The translations under genes and the position numbers were made by a program. A stretch of DNA of 63,964 nucleotides, filler included. It is 5 parts of 5 records of this genome, joined end to end, with 100 filler letters (N's around TTAATTAATTAA, not from the genome) between each part and the next. Parts side by side here need not be neighbours in the genome. Positions count along the whole stretch, not along the records: positions 8,885 to 21,429 come from DRR723986_11287; positions 21,530 to 52,317 come from DRR723986_11288; 3 more parts are not named here. One strand, written 5' to 3'. Under the pieces are notes generated by a model, which saw nothing but the letters and a program-made list of their open reading frames with translations, ran no database searches and was not told the origin of the DNA. Shown here piece after piece: positions 12,998 through 23,715 of the stretch; the first letter of the stretch is position 1; every line of letters starts with the position of its first letter.

Positions 12998-14095
12998 ATG
13001 CAGGCGGATTACGCGATCATTGGCGGCGGTATCGTCGGGCTTTCGGTGGCCTGGGGGTTGCAAAGGCGTGGGCTGCGAGTGGTCGTACTGGATGGCGGCG
13101 ACGGTGATTTCCGCGCCAGCCGGGGCAATTTCGGACTGATCTGGGTGCAGGGCAAGGGTGCGAAGGAACCACGCTATGCGGCGTGGACGCGGGGTTCGGC
13201 TGCGCTTTGGGCGGACTTCGCGGCAGAGCTGAGCGCTGGCAGCGGGCGCGATCTGTGGCTTCGGCAGGATGGCGGTTACGAAGTCTTTTTCGATGAGGAA
13301 GAGATGGCCCAAACGGTGGTGACCTATGAAGGGCTGAAAGCAAAGCTTGGCGGCGATTATCCCTTCGAGGCGCTCGGCGGCAATGCCCTTCGGCGAGAGG
13401 AACCAGCGATCGGCCCAAAGGCTGTTGGCGCGATCCTGCACGCGGAGGACGGCCACACCAGCCCGCTTTTGCTGCTGCGCGCCCTGGCGGATGACCTGTG
13501 CCGCCTTGGCGGGCGGGTTCTGACGGGCAAACAGGTGGTGGCGGTGGACCGGCCCGATCAGTTCCGCGTGACCTGCGCAGACGGAACCCGGCTGGATGCG
13601 GGCAAGGTTGTGCTGGCGGCGGGTCTTGGGGCTGCAACGCTTGGGCCGATGCTGGGGTTTCAGGCACCGGTTCGGCCGCAGCGCGGGCAAATCCTGATTA
13701 CCGAGAAGCTGCCAAAACTTCTCAATCGCCCCACGGTCGATCTGCGGCAGGTAGAGGAGGGCGGTTTTCAGATCGGGGCCACGAACGAAGAGGTGGGCTT
13801 TGACGACAGCGTGACACAACCGGCTATGGCGCGGCTGGCGGCGCGCGCGGTTGATACGGTTCCGGCTCTGGCGCGGGCGCAATTGGTGCGGTCCTGGGCG
13901 GCGCTACGCGTCATGACACCTGACGGGCTGCCGATCTATCAGCACAGCGCGACCATGCCGGGGGCGTTTCTGGTGACCTGCCACAGTGGTATCACGCTGG
14001 CCGCTGCCCATGCATTGCGCCTGCCGGATTGGCTGCAAGCACGGGCCGGTGCGCCGGACCTGTCGGCCTTTTCCGAGGCGCGATTTTCACCCTAG
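12998..14095 (+). CDS. FAD-dependent oxidoreductase, DAO family (HcnC/opine-oxidase-B-like)
   Basis: IIGGGIVG Rossmann motif, RASRGNFGLIWVQGKG, PQRGQI and HSGITLA. Confidence 0.85.
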   Translation: MQADYAIIGGGIVGLSVAWGLQRRGLRVVVLDGGDGDFRASRGNFGLIWVQGKGAKEPRYAAWTRGSAALWADFAAELSAGSGRDLWLRQDGGYEVFFDEEEMAQTVVTYEGLKAKLGGDYPFEALGGNALRREEPAIGPKAVGAILHAEDGHTSPLLLLRALADDLCRLGGRVLTGKQVVAVDRPDQFRVTCADGTRLDAGKVVLAAGLGAATLGPMLGFQAPVRPQRGQILITEKLPKLLNRPTVDLRQVEEGGFQIGATNEEVGFDDSVTQPAMARLAARAVDTVPALARAQLVRSWAALRVMTPDGLPIYQHSATMPGAFLVTCHSGITLAAAHALRLPDWLQARAGAPDLSAFSEARFSP

Positions 14096-14100
14096 CCCGC

Positions 14101-14129
14101 TTGTCGCGGCGCAGGGGGCTGGCTATGCA
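14101..14129 (+). promoter_or_regulatory. Candidate sigma70 promoter of the Rid gene
   Basis: TTGTCG-N17-TATGCA, a typical Rhodobacter-type promoter shape; judged by eye. Confidence 0.3.
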
Positions 14130-14191
14130 GGCAGCATAGTCCGGCCCGCCATGGTGGCGGTGCCGTCCCCCATCATCAAGGACATTCCCCC

Positions 14192-14530
14192 ATGATCGAA
14201 CGTTTCGAAACCGGCACGCGCATGAGCCAGTTCGTCAAGCATAACGGCACCGTCTATCTGGCTGGTCAGGTCGGCGAAGGCGCAACCGTGGCCGATCAGA
14301 CCCGCGATTGTCTGGCGCAGGTGGAACGGCTGCTGGCCGAGGCAGGATCGGGCACCGACAAGATGCTGCAAGCCATCATCTGGCTGGCGGACATGGCCGA
14401 TTTCGCCGAGATGAACGCGGTCTGGGACGCCTGGGTTCCCGCCGGTCATGCCCCGGTGCGGGCTTGTGGCGAGGCCAAGCTCGCGGCACCGAAATACCTG
14501 GTGGAAGTGATCATCGTCGCGGCGGCGTGA
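14192..14530 (+). CDS. RidA/YjgF (YoaB-like Rid) family protein
   Basis: VYLAGQV, MNAVWDAWV, APVRAC (conserved Arg) and LVEVIIVAA. Confidence 0.9.
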   Translation: MIERFETGTRMSQFVKHNGTVYLAGQVGEGATVADQTRDCLAQVERLLAEAGSGTDKMLQAIIWLADMADFAEMNAVWDAWVPAGHAPVRACGEAKLAAPKYLVEVIIVAAA

Positions 14531-14533
14531 CCG

Positions 14534-17500
14534 TCAGTAATCCCGCTCGAAGAACACGCCGATGCTGCTGTCACCATCGGTGGAAAAGCCGCCACGCGCG
14601 GTGATATCGGGGGTGAGGTCGAGGTTGAGAGACACCTCGGCCTCGCCATCGGCGCCAATCTCTGCGTCGGTATAGATATTGTCTGACAGGTATCGTCCGA
14701 CGCGAAGGCTGGCATTGCCTTCGGAATCGGTCGACAGGTCCAGATCGTCGATGCCGAGACTCTCGCGCAGGCCACCGATGATTCCCTGGCCGCCCGCAAC
14801 GCCCGATACGGCATCGACCAGTTGCAGCGCCTGCACCGGGGACAGGCTGGTGGCGCTGCGCCCGAAAAAGAGGCGTGCAAGGATTTCATCCTGCGGCAGA
14901 TCAGGGATGGAACTGATGGTCAGCTCGGGGGCCGAGGCCGGGCCTTCGATGGTGATCAGCGCCGTGACATCGCCGGTCTGGGTGCCTGCCACGACACGCA
15001 GATAGGGGTCGAAACTGCCTTGCAGGCTGGCCGTGGCCTCGGAGATATCAAAGCGCTGGCCCAGGAACGACAGCCGCCCCCGGATCAGCTCGAACTGGCC
15101 CGAAGGGGCAACGGCGGCGCTGCTGCCGCCAAGGCGTATCGTGCCGCCAAGCTCGGCGTCCAGCCCGCTGCCACGCAGGAAAATGCGCGACGGGGCCGCG
15201 ATGGTCAGATCCAGCGACACCGGCGCACCGGCGCCGCCAGTGCCCGACGCAATCAGCCCGGCCCGGTCGCGGGTTGCGTATTGCGCGCCGGTGGCGCCGA
15301 TATGGGCAATATCGGGGATTGGCTCTGACGCACCGAAGCTCAGATCGTCGAGCAGCACGTGGGTTTCACCCAAGGTGATCTGGCCAGTGACATGCGGCCC
15401 CGCAGCCAAGGGGCCATCGACGGTGATCGCGGCACTGTCGATGATGGATTGGAACAGGCCTTCCTCGGTTACCTGAACGGCGGCCAGCGTCACCTCGATC
15501 CGCCCCGGCAGGCCATTGGCAGTCAGATCCAGCGCGCCGTCAAAGTTCATCCGTCCGCCGGGCTGAATGCCGCTGCTGCCGGATAGGCTCAACCGGCTGC
15601 CCGCGATAGTGGCGGTCAGGTCCAGCTGTTCCAGCACCATTCCGAGCGAAGGCAGGGACACCCGCGCGCCGCCGGTGGACAGGCTGCCGCCAAGGGACGC
15701 TAGGGCAGGGGGGCCGTTTACCGTCAGGTCGAAACTGGCGGTGCCGCGTACCGACCGGGGGGTAATGAACTGATCAGCCAGCGCCAGTGGCAGGCTGCCC
15801 GACAGGGCAAGGTTAACCGAACCGCCGGGCAAGCCGATTTGACCGGTGACGTCGGTCGCCAGCCCGCCTTGACCGCTGGCCTCGCCCGATAGCGTCCACG
15901 GCATCGCATCATTGGCGCGGGTCAGGGTCAGGCTGGCATCAACGGGGCCGGAAATGGCCGAGGTCAGCAGCCCCGCGTCCCGCAGCCGCGCGGTGGCAGC
16001 CAGCGCGCTGGTGCCCGATGACAGACGGCCCTCGGCGTTGGCGGTCAGGGCCGCGCCGGTCAGGTCGAACCGGTCCAGATGCAGCCCGTCACCATCGCGG
16101 CGCAGGGTCGTCTCGATCCGGGTTTCGCCGGCGATCAGCGCTGCCGGTATCGCATCGCCCGCCCGCAAATCCTGCGCGGTCAGGTCGGCAGTGGCGTCAA
16201 ATGCGCCGGACAGAAGATCGGCCTCCGCAAGAAGGGTCATCCGCGCTGCCCCGGCCAGATCCTGCCCGGCAATCCCCGCGAAGGCAGACAGATCGGGCAG
16301 CGCGCCGCGCAGGTCAAGTTGCGCCATCAGGGTATTGTCGCCGGATTGGAAGCTTATCGCCCCAATCAGAGTTGCCGTGTCGCCGGTCATGTTGATCCGG
16401 GTCAGGGTCAGCGGCACGCCCTGCTGCCAATCGGCGCGCAAGGACATCCGCGCGGCGCGGCCAAGGGCGGCTTGCAGGTCGGGGTTGGTGTGGCTCAGCC
16501 CCTCTAATGCGGCCAGCAGATCGGCGGTGACAGCGAAGGCCCCGGCATCGGGGGGCGTGATGGTGCCCGACAGGTTCAGATCCGCGCGGGCCATCCCGAT
16601 ATCGCCTGCTTGAAGGTCGGAAATCGTGGTCTCTCCGGTCCAGCCATTGCCGCTGGCGCGGTCATAGCCAAGGGTCAGCCGCATGTCCCTCAGGGTTACG
16701 GGCGTGCCGGGAATGGGTAGGCGCACGGGGCCACCACTGGCAGTCGAGATCAGCCCGGACACCTGAAAGCGCAGGGGCGTATTGTCGGCGGCAAGGGCGG
16801 CGGTGCCTTCCAGTGACAGCGAATGGCTGGTCAGGGTAAAGCTTTCCAGAACCGTACCGCCATCCGCTGGCCGTGTCAGAACCGCATCGAAACCGGTCCG
16901 TGTGCCAAAGAACGCCTGATATTCCGGCAAAACAAGATGGGCGATATCGCCGGTCAGCGCTGTGGTGATCCTCTGCGTGCCGTCCTCTTCGCGGGCAGAG
17001 ACAAGCGTGCCGCTGATACGCGGTTCGCCGTCGGTCGCAAGGGCCAGCTCTATGGTCAGATCGTCCAGCGGCCCGGCACCGGCAAGATCGAGATCGACGG
17101 ATGGATCGTCGGGAATACCCAAAAGCGTGACGGCTATGCCACCGGGGGCCTCGGCCAATGTCAGGGACAGGTCGAGATGCGAGGTTTCATTCTCGAACGC
17201 TGCCGACAGCGCAAATCGCCCCTCGGGGCCATCCAGCCGGTCGAGCGTCAGGTTCGCGCTGCCATCGCCCTCGGCAAGGTTCGCCGACCCCGCAAGCGTT
17301 GCGGTAACGGGAAATCCCAAAAGCGGCGCGCCCAGGTCGATCCGGTCAATGGCCAGGTCATTCAGGGCGATGGAGACCGGCAACTCGGGCAGTTGGAAGG
17401 GCGTGGTCTCTGGCGCGGTCGGGTCGGGTTCGCCCATGGGCAGGCGGTCCAGAACGATGCGGGCGGCGGCCAGCCGGTCGACCTCCAACGCGCCGCGCAG

Positions 17501-17755
17501 CAGGGCGGACCGGGTCCAGGTCAGCTCGGCGTCCTCGATCGTCAGCCAGACGCCATCCGCATCCGAGATGGTCAGCAGATCGAGCGTCGCGGTGGAACTG
17601 AGCGCGCCCTGAAACCCCTCGATCCGCACCTGCCGGGCCGCCCCGTCCGACAGCGCCCCTTCGATCAGTTGCACCAGTCGCCCGCGGTCATCCTCTTGCG
17701 CGTGAAGGGGCAGGGCGATCAGCAACGCCAGGGATATGATCAGCGCCCGGATCAA
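14534..17755 (-). CDS. tamB: Translocation and assembly module TamB
   Basis: N-terminal signal anchor, long beta-taco repeats and a C-terminal DUF490-like end (GLDAELGG, LPQDEILARL, GVFFERDY). Overlaps the tamA stop. Confidence 0.9.
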   Translation of the reverse strand: MIRALIISLALLIALPLHAQEDDRGRLVQLIEGALSDGAARQVRIEGFQGALSSTATLDLLTISDADGVWLTIEDAELTWTRSALLRGALEVDRLAAARIVLDRLPMGEPDPTAPETTPFQLPELPVSIALNDLAIDRIDLGAPLLGFPVTATLAGSANLAEGDGSANLTLDRLDGPEGRFALSAAFENETSHLDLSLTLAEAPGGIAVTLLGIPDDPSVDLDLAGAGPLDDLTIELALATDGEPRISGTLVSAREEDGTQRITTALTGDIAHLVLPEYQAFFGTRTGFDAVLTRPADGGTVLESFTLTSHSLSLEGTAALAADNTPLRFQVSGLISTASGGPVRLPIPGTPVTLRDMRLTLGYDRASGNGWTGETTISDLQAGDIGMARADLNLSGTITPPDAGAFAVTADLLAALEGLSHTNPDLQAALGRAARMSLRADWQQGVPLTLTRINMTGDTATLIGAISFQSGDNTLMAQLDLRGALPDLSAFAGIAGQDLAGAARMTLLAEADLLSGAFDATADLTAQDLRAGDAIPAALIAGETRIETTLRRDGDGLHLDRFDLTGAALTANAEGRLSSGTSALAATARLRDAGLLTSAISGPVDASLTLTRANDAMPWTLSGEASGQGGLATDVTGQIGLPGGSVNLALSGSLPLALADQFITPRSVRGTASFDLTVNGPPALASLGGSLSTGGARVSLPSLGMVLEQLDLTATIAGSRLSLSGSSGIQPGGRMNFDGALDLTANGLPGRIEVTLAAVQVTEEGLFQSIIDSAAITVDGPLAAGPHVTGQITLGETHVLLDDLSFGASEPIPDIAHIGATGAQYATRDRAGLIASGTGGAGAPVSLDLTIAAPSRIFLRGSGLDAELGGTIRLGGSSAAVAPSGQFELIRGRLSFLGQRFDISEATASLQGSFDPYLRVVAGTQTGDVTALITIEGPASAPELTISSIPDLPQDEILARLFFGRSATSLSPVQALQLVDAVSGVAGGQGIIGGLRESLGIDDLDLSTDSEGNASLRVGRYLSDNIYTDAEIGADGEAEVSLNLDLTPDITARGGFSTDGDSSIGVFFERDY

Positions 17756-19530
17756 AACGCCTGTCCTATGCCGATATAGAAATAGAGGTCTTCGCCCGCG
17801 CCAGCCCCCCCCACGGGTGTCGCCAGATCCAGCCGGATTGGGCCGACGGGCGTGTCATAGCGAATGCCGATCCCTGCACCGGTGTGCCAGCTGCCGTCCG
17901 AGTCCCAATAAGGGCCGGAGGCGACATAGCCGGTATCGGCAAACAGCACCGCGCCGAAATTGCCGAACAGATCCTGTCGCAGTTCCAGTGACGATCCGAA
18001 GAAGCTGCGCCCTCCGGTCAGAACGCCGCCCTGCAACGCGCCAAGCGACTGATACCCCTGACCGCGCACCGTGTCGGCACCGCCGGAAAAGAACAGCCAG
18101 TCAGGCGGCAGGACCGAGGTGTCGCCCCCCGCCAGCGTACCCAGTTGCAGGCGCGCCGCCAGACGGGTGCCGCCGGTTGGCCCGAAGGCCAGATAGCCCC
18201 GCGCATCGAGCGTGAACCGCGCGCCGCCTGTCCCTTTGGCAAGGGCAAACGGGGTCAACGCGCTGTCCACATACCACCCGCTTCGGGCATCGAAGGCATT
18301 GTCGCGGTTGTCCCATGTCAGGCCAACGGGCAGCGACAGCATGGTCACATCGCGGGACGAAAAGGCGTCGGTAATCTGCCCATAGCTCAGTTCAGCAAAC
18401 AGCGACCCGCTGAGATGGTCGGAAAACCGGTGTTCAAGCCCGGCCTCCAGGTCGATCCGGTCGAGGGTGAAGGTCACCTCATCGAGATGTTCCAGCGTCA
18501 CGCCAAAGCTCAGCCGTGTGTCAGGGGTCAGAACAGCCGGGATGGAATAGACCGCCGAGGCCAGCGCGTCGAAGCCGCCGTTTTCCCCGCCAAGGCCGCT
18601 CAGTTCCGCGTCCAGGCGCAGCCGTTCAGCCCCGCCAAAGAGGTTTCGGTGCAGCCAGTAGCTGCTGAGCGTCACGCCGTCGGTCGACGACAGCTCGGCC
18701 CCGAAGCCAAGCCGCCGCAAGGGCGCTTCGACCAGCTCTGCGCGAATTGGCAGGCTGTTACCAGCGGCCAGTGGGTCTTCTGTCAGGGCGACGGAAGTGA
18801 AGGCGCCGGTGTCGCGCAACCGGCCTGCGACGCGGTCCAGCGTTTCGGGATCGAAACGGTTGCCGGTGGGAAGGCCCGCGATACGCGCAATGGCCTCTGG
18901 CCGCATCCGGTCCTGACCTTGCGGGATCAGCGGTCCAAAGAGGGCAATGGGGCCGGGGGTGAGGGTGATCGCTGCGTCAAGCTCGGAATCCGCATGGCGG
19001 GCGGTGATCTGCTGGCTGGTGATGGCAGCCGTAGCGTGCCCCTCGGCGCGCCAACCGGTGATGCCCGCCTCTGCCGCTTGCCGCAGAATGCGGGTGCCGG
19101 CGGTGGCACCGGGGGCGAAGCCGTCTGGCAAGGTTGTGCCGGGTGCCAGCGGACCGATCTCGGCCCGGCCAAGGCGGAAGACCGTGCCGGGGGTGACGGT
19201 GATGGCCACGTCCTGAATGGGGGCAGGCGCCCGGAAGGGCGAGATATCGGCGGCCTCGCGCCCATCCAGCCGTATCGAGATCTCGGGTCCGAAATAGCCG
19301 CGTTCATAAAGCGCCGCCAGCAGGCGGGAATAGTCGGACCTTGCGCTTGCAATCACGTCCTGCGCCGGCTGCGCGGCGGGGTCTTCGATGGCCATCAGCC
19401 GGGACGTGGCGGTCAGGTCGTCCTGGAGGTCGCCATCCGCGCCCACCACCTGCAAGGTCACATCCGCGCTGGCCGGACCGGGCAGGGTCAGGGCGAGGGC
19501 AGATAACAGAAGAATCGGCAGGCAGCGCAT
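17752..19530 (-). CDS. tamA: Translocation and assembly module TamA (Omp85 family)
   Basis: Signal peptide MRCLPILLLSALAL, FSGGADTVRGQGY, GIRYDTPVGPIRLD and terminal YIGIGQAF. Start moved to ATG 19530. Confidence 0.92.
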   Translation of the reverse strand: MRCLPILLLSALALTLPGPASADVTLQVVGADGDLQDDLTATSRLMAIEDPAAQPAQDVIASARSDYSRLLAALYERGYFGPEISIRLDGREAADISPFRAPAPIQDVAITVTPGTVFRLGRAEIGPLAPGTTLPDGFAPGATAGTRILRQAAEAGITGWRAEGHATAAITSQQITARHADSELDAAITLTPGPIALFGPLIPQGQDRMRPEAIARIAGLPTGNRFDPETLDRVAGRLRDTGAFTSVALTEDPLAAGNSLPIRAELVEAPLRRLGFGAELSSTDGVTLSSYWLHRNLFGGAERLRLDAELSGLGGENGGFDALASAVYSIPAVLTPDTRLSFGVTLEHLDEVTFTLDRIDLEAGLEHRFSDHLSGSLFAELSYGQITDAFSSRDVTMLSLPVGLTWDNRDNAFDARSGWYVDSALTPFALAKGTGGARFTLDARGYLAFGPTGGTRLAARLQLGTLAGGDTSVLPPDWLFFSGGADTVRGQGYQSLGALQGGVLTGGRSFFGSSLELRQDLFGNFGAVLFADTGYVASGPYWDSDGSWHTGAGIGIRYDTPVGPIRLDLATPVGGAGAGEDLYFYIGIGQAF

Positions 19531-19617
19531 GGGGCTACATATAGAGCCACCGGTCGAAGCTGAATGGTCTGAACACGTCATCGTCGCCAGACACGCAACA
19601 ATTCGCCCGAATGCATG

Positions 19618-19653
19618 AAAAAGGCCGCGCGTCACGGAATGCGACGCGCGGCC
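19618..19653 (-). terminator. Rho-independent terminator of katG
   Basis: 11-bp stem GGCCGCGCGTC/GACGCGCGGCC followed by T5 on the minus strand, 21 nt after the katG stop. Confidence 0.85.
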
Positions 19654-19674
19654 CAAAGCTGTCAGCCGGTCAGA

Positions 19675-21429
<1,755 letters not shown>

Positions 21430-21529
21430 NNNNNNNNNNNNNNNNNNNNNNNNNNNNNNNNNNNNNNNNNNNNTTAATTAATTAANNNNNNNNNNNNNNN
21501 NNNNNNNNNNNNNNNNNNNNNNNNNNNNN
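21430..21529. other. Artificial contig-joining spacer
   Basis: Same N44-TTAATTAATTAA-N44 linker; abrupt change from GC-rich to AT-rich sequence. Confidence 0.99.
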
Positions 21530-21586
21530 AAACCTAAGGTTCGACGTAGTTAATGACATACCAACAGCAAGCCAAAAACGAATGAC

Positions 21587-22729
21587 TCATTCCAAAAACA
21601 AACCCCTATTCGCCTCTAAGACCGATGGATCTTCTGCAACCCCTTTCGCGAACTCAAAGGCTTTTTGAGACCAAACCTCATAATCGTCTCCGGTCATACC
21701 CAAGGCAGCCTCAAAAGCATTCACTACTGCTGCCGTATCCCGTATAGGCACATCCCAGCCAATCTGTCGTTGTTCCAAATCACGCCAAGGAGTTTGATCA
21801 CTAATAATCACCGGACAACCCGCTGCCAAGGCCTCAAATATGGCATGCCCAAAATTTTCGCCCTCCGAAAGCAGCACCATAAAATGGTAATCCTTTAGTA
21901 CCATAGGTACCTCATCACCGGGCAATACCCCTTGGTACTGTACGTTGATGTGAGTCGGCAGTTCTGCTATCACAGCCTGGCACTGCGCCCAGTAAGGGGC
22001 GTCGTATATGGGGCCGTATAGATCTAATTCTAAGGCCTGTTGCACCTGCTTTAAAGCCTGCAACATTACAAGTGTTCCCTTTTCTTTGGCAATACGGGCC
22101 ATATTGGCCATTTTAACAGGGGCACTACTCAATTTTGTTTTGGGGTGATACGTTTGCACAGGTCTGGGTAAATTAGGTGCTATTTTTATGGACGTATGGG
22201 CACCGAGCTCATTTTTAATGTACTGTGCTTCATCGCTATTGGTAGCATGAAAGGTAACACCCTTATACAATTGTAGGGCTCTGGCCAAGCTTAAAAACAC
22301 CTTTTTTCTAAAGCCCTTAACCGAAAATGCCTGCGGATTCAACATGCCTCGTGCGGATACTACCACGGGTTTTCCAACGGACCTCAATACCCATAGGGGT
22401 AAAATGGAAAAATACCAACTGTAAATGCCATTCACCAGTGCTACGTCAAACATGGTGGCCCTCAGGAGTGTTGTTAAGTTAGAGCGGCTAATGTGATCAC
22501 TGGAGAGGTAATACACTTGGGTATAGGCATTCAATGGGTTCCAACTGTTAGATACCACCGTTTCGTAGGGCTCTGTAGCTCCAAAATCGGTATCGCGGGT
22601 AATGATGTAAAACTCAAAGCCTTCATTGAGTTGCGCAATCAGGTTGGCATAAGACCGCAACGGACCCCCCGAAGCCGTGCCGGGCAAAAACCAGTCCATC
22701 ACCAAAAGTACTTTTTTTGTTGTCATCAA
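21587..22729 (-). CDS. Glycosyltransferase family 4
   Basis: GT-B motif ENFGHAIFEALAAGCPVIISD. Confidence 0.9.
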   Translation of the reverse strand: MMTTKKVLLVMDWFLPGTASGGPLRSYANLIAQLNEGFEFYIITRDTDFGATEPYETVVSNSWNPLNAYTQVYYLSSDHISRSNLTTLLRATMFDVALVNGIYSWYFSILPLWVLRSVGKPVVVSARGMLNPQAFSVKGFRKKVFLSLARALQLYKGVTFHATNSDEAQYIKNELGAHTSIKIAPNLPRPVQTYHPKTKLSSAPVKMANMARIAKEKGTLVMLQALKQVQQALELDLYGPIYDAPYWAQCQAVIAELPTHINVQYQGVLPGDEVPMVLKDYHFMVLLSEGENFGHAIFEALAAGCPVIISDQTPWRDLEQRQIGWDVPIRDTAAVVNAFEAALGMTGDDYEVWSQKAFEFAKGVAEDPSVLEANRGLFLE

Positions 22730-23715
22730 GGTATCATGTCATGGTACAACTCCGCATATTGTGCAGCAATGCGTTCTTGGGTAAAGCGCTTTACATTCTC
22801 AAATCCTGCTGCAATAAGTTGTGCTCTGTAACTGTCATCGCCCATGATGCGTTCTAAACCTGCGCGTATGGCATTGGTATCAAAAGGGTCTACCAAACAG
22901 GCTGCATCACCTGCTACTTCTTTCATAGCGCCTACATGAGACGTCAACACCGGTCGCCCCGTGGCCTGAGCCTCAATAATCGGCATGCCAAAACCCTCGT
23001 AGGTAGACGGAAAACATAAGAGGTCGCAGCTTTGATAGGCCTTCACCAAATCGTCTTGTGTAAGGTTAACACTGTTGCTATACTTAATCTCATAGCGTTT
23101 TAAAAGCGCCAACTGCTGTGGCGATAGGCTGCCTATAATATGCAACTTACACTCCAATCCCCTAACCGCTTCCACCACACGCTCTAAGTTTTTATTGGGT
23201 TTAGCACCAAAACACAACAGCTCAGGGCAGTGGTTGTTAAACACAAAAGGCGTGGGCGTAAACACCGCGCTTACCGGATTGGGAATCACCCTTATTTTGT
23301 GCCTAGCAAAGGGTATTATGGCTGCCAATTCGCTTTTGGTAAACTCAGAGATCACGGTGATGTACTTTACAAAAACAGCCGGTAACCAAAACCACAAGAG
23401 CTTCATGTACCAGCGTTTCAAAAAAGAGCCTTTAAGGGCAGAACCCACATCGTGTATGGTTAACACTGCCTGACGCCTTAAGGTTAAAGCCATATAATGC
23501 ACATGGCCTGTAATGTGATAAACAGTAGTGCTGTGCCGCTTTAGAGCCCTCATATTCTTTAGCAACACCCAAGGCGAAGCCCCGGTATGTGGCAGCGTTG
23601 TACTGCTACAATTGTGGTATTTGGCCAGCGCCTGCTGCACGCTTGTAAATACCCCTTCAATGCTGTGGTACTGTGGCAGGCGTTGGCGGTAGATAAAATT
23701 AATCGTCTTCCCCAT
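22726..23715 (-). CDS. Glycosyltransferase family 4
   Basis: FPSTYEGFGMPIIEAQATGRPV (EX7E motif). Confidence 0.92.
   Translation of the reverse strand: MGKTINFIYRQRLPQYHSIEGVFTSVQQALAKYHNCSSTTLPHTGASPWVLLKNMRALKRHSTTVYHITGHVHYMALTLRRQAVLTIHDVGSALKGSFLKRWYMKLLWFWLPAVFVKYITVISEFTKSELAAIIPFARHKIRVIPNPVSAVFTPTPFVFNNHCPELLCFGAKPNKNLERVVEAVRGLECKLHIIGSLSPQQLALLKRYEIKYSNSVNLTQDDLVKAYQSCDLLCFPSTYEGFGMPIIEAQATGRPVLTSHVGAMKEVAGDAACLVDPFDTNAIRAGLERIMGDDSYRAQLIAAGFENVKRFTQERIAAQYAELYHDMIP

Noticed and set aside
14114-14171. Possible three-way-junction RNA (riboswitch-like) upstream of the Rid gene
   Set aside because: Such pairing is easy to obtain by chance in GC-rich DNA, its 5' half overlaps a promoter-like sequence, and no known aptamer consensus is present.
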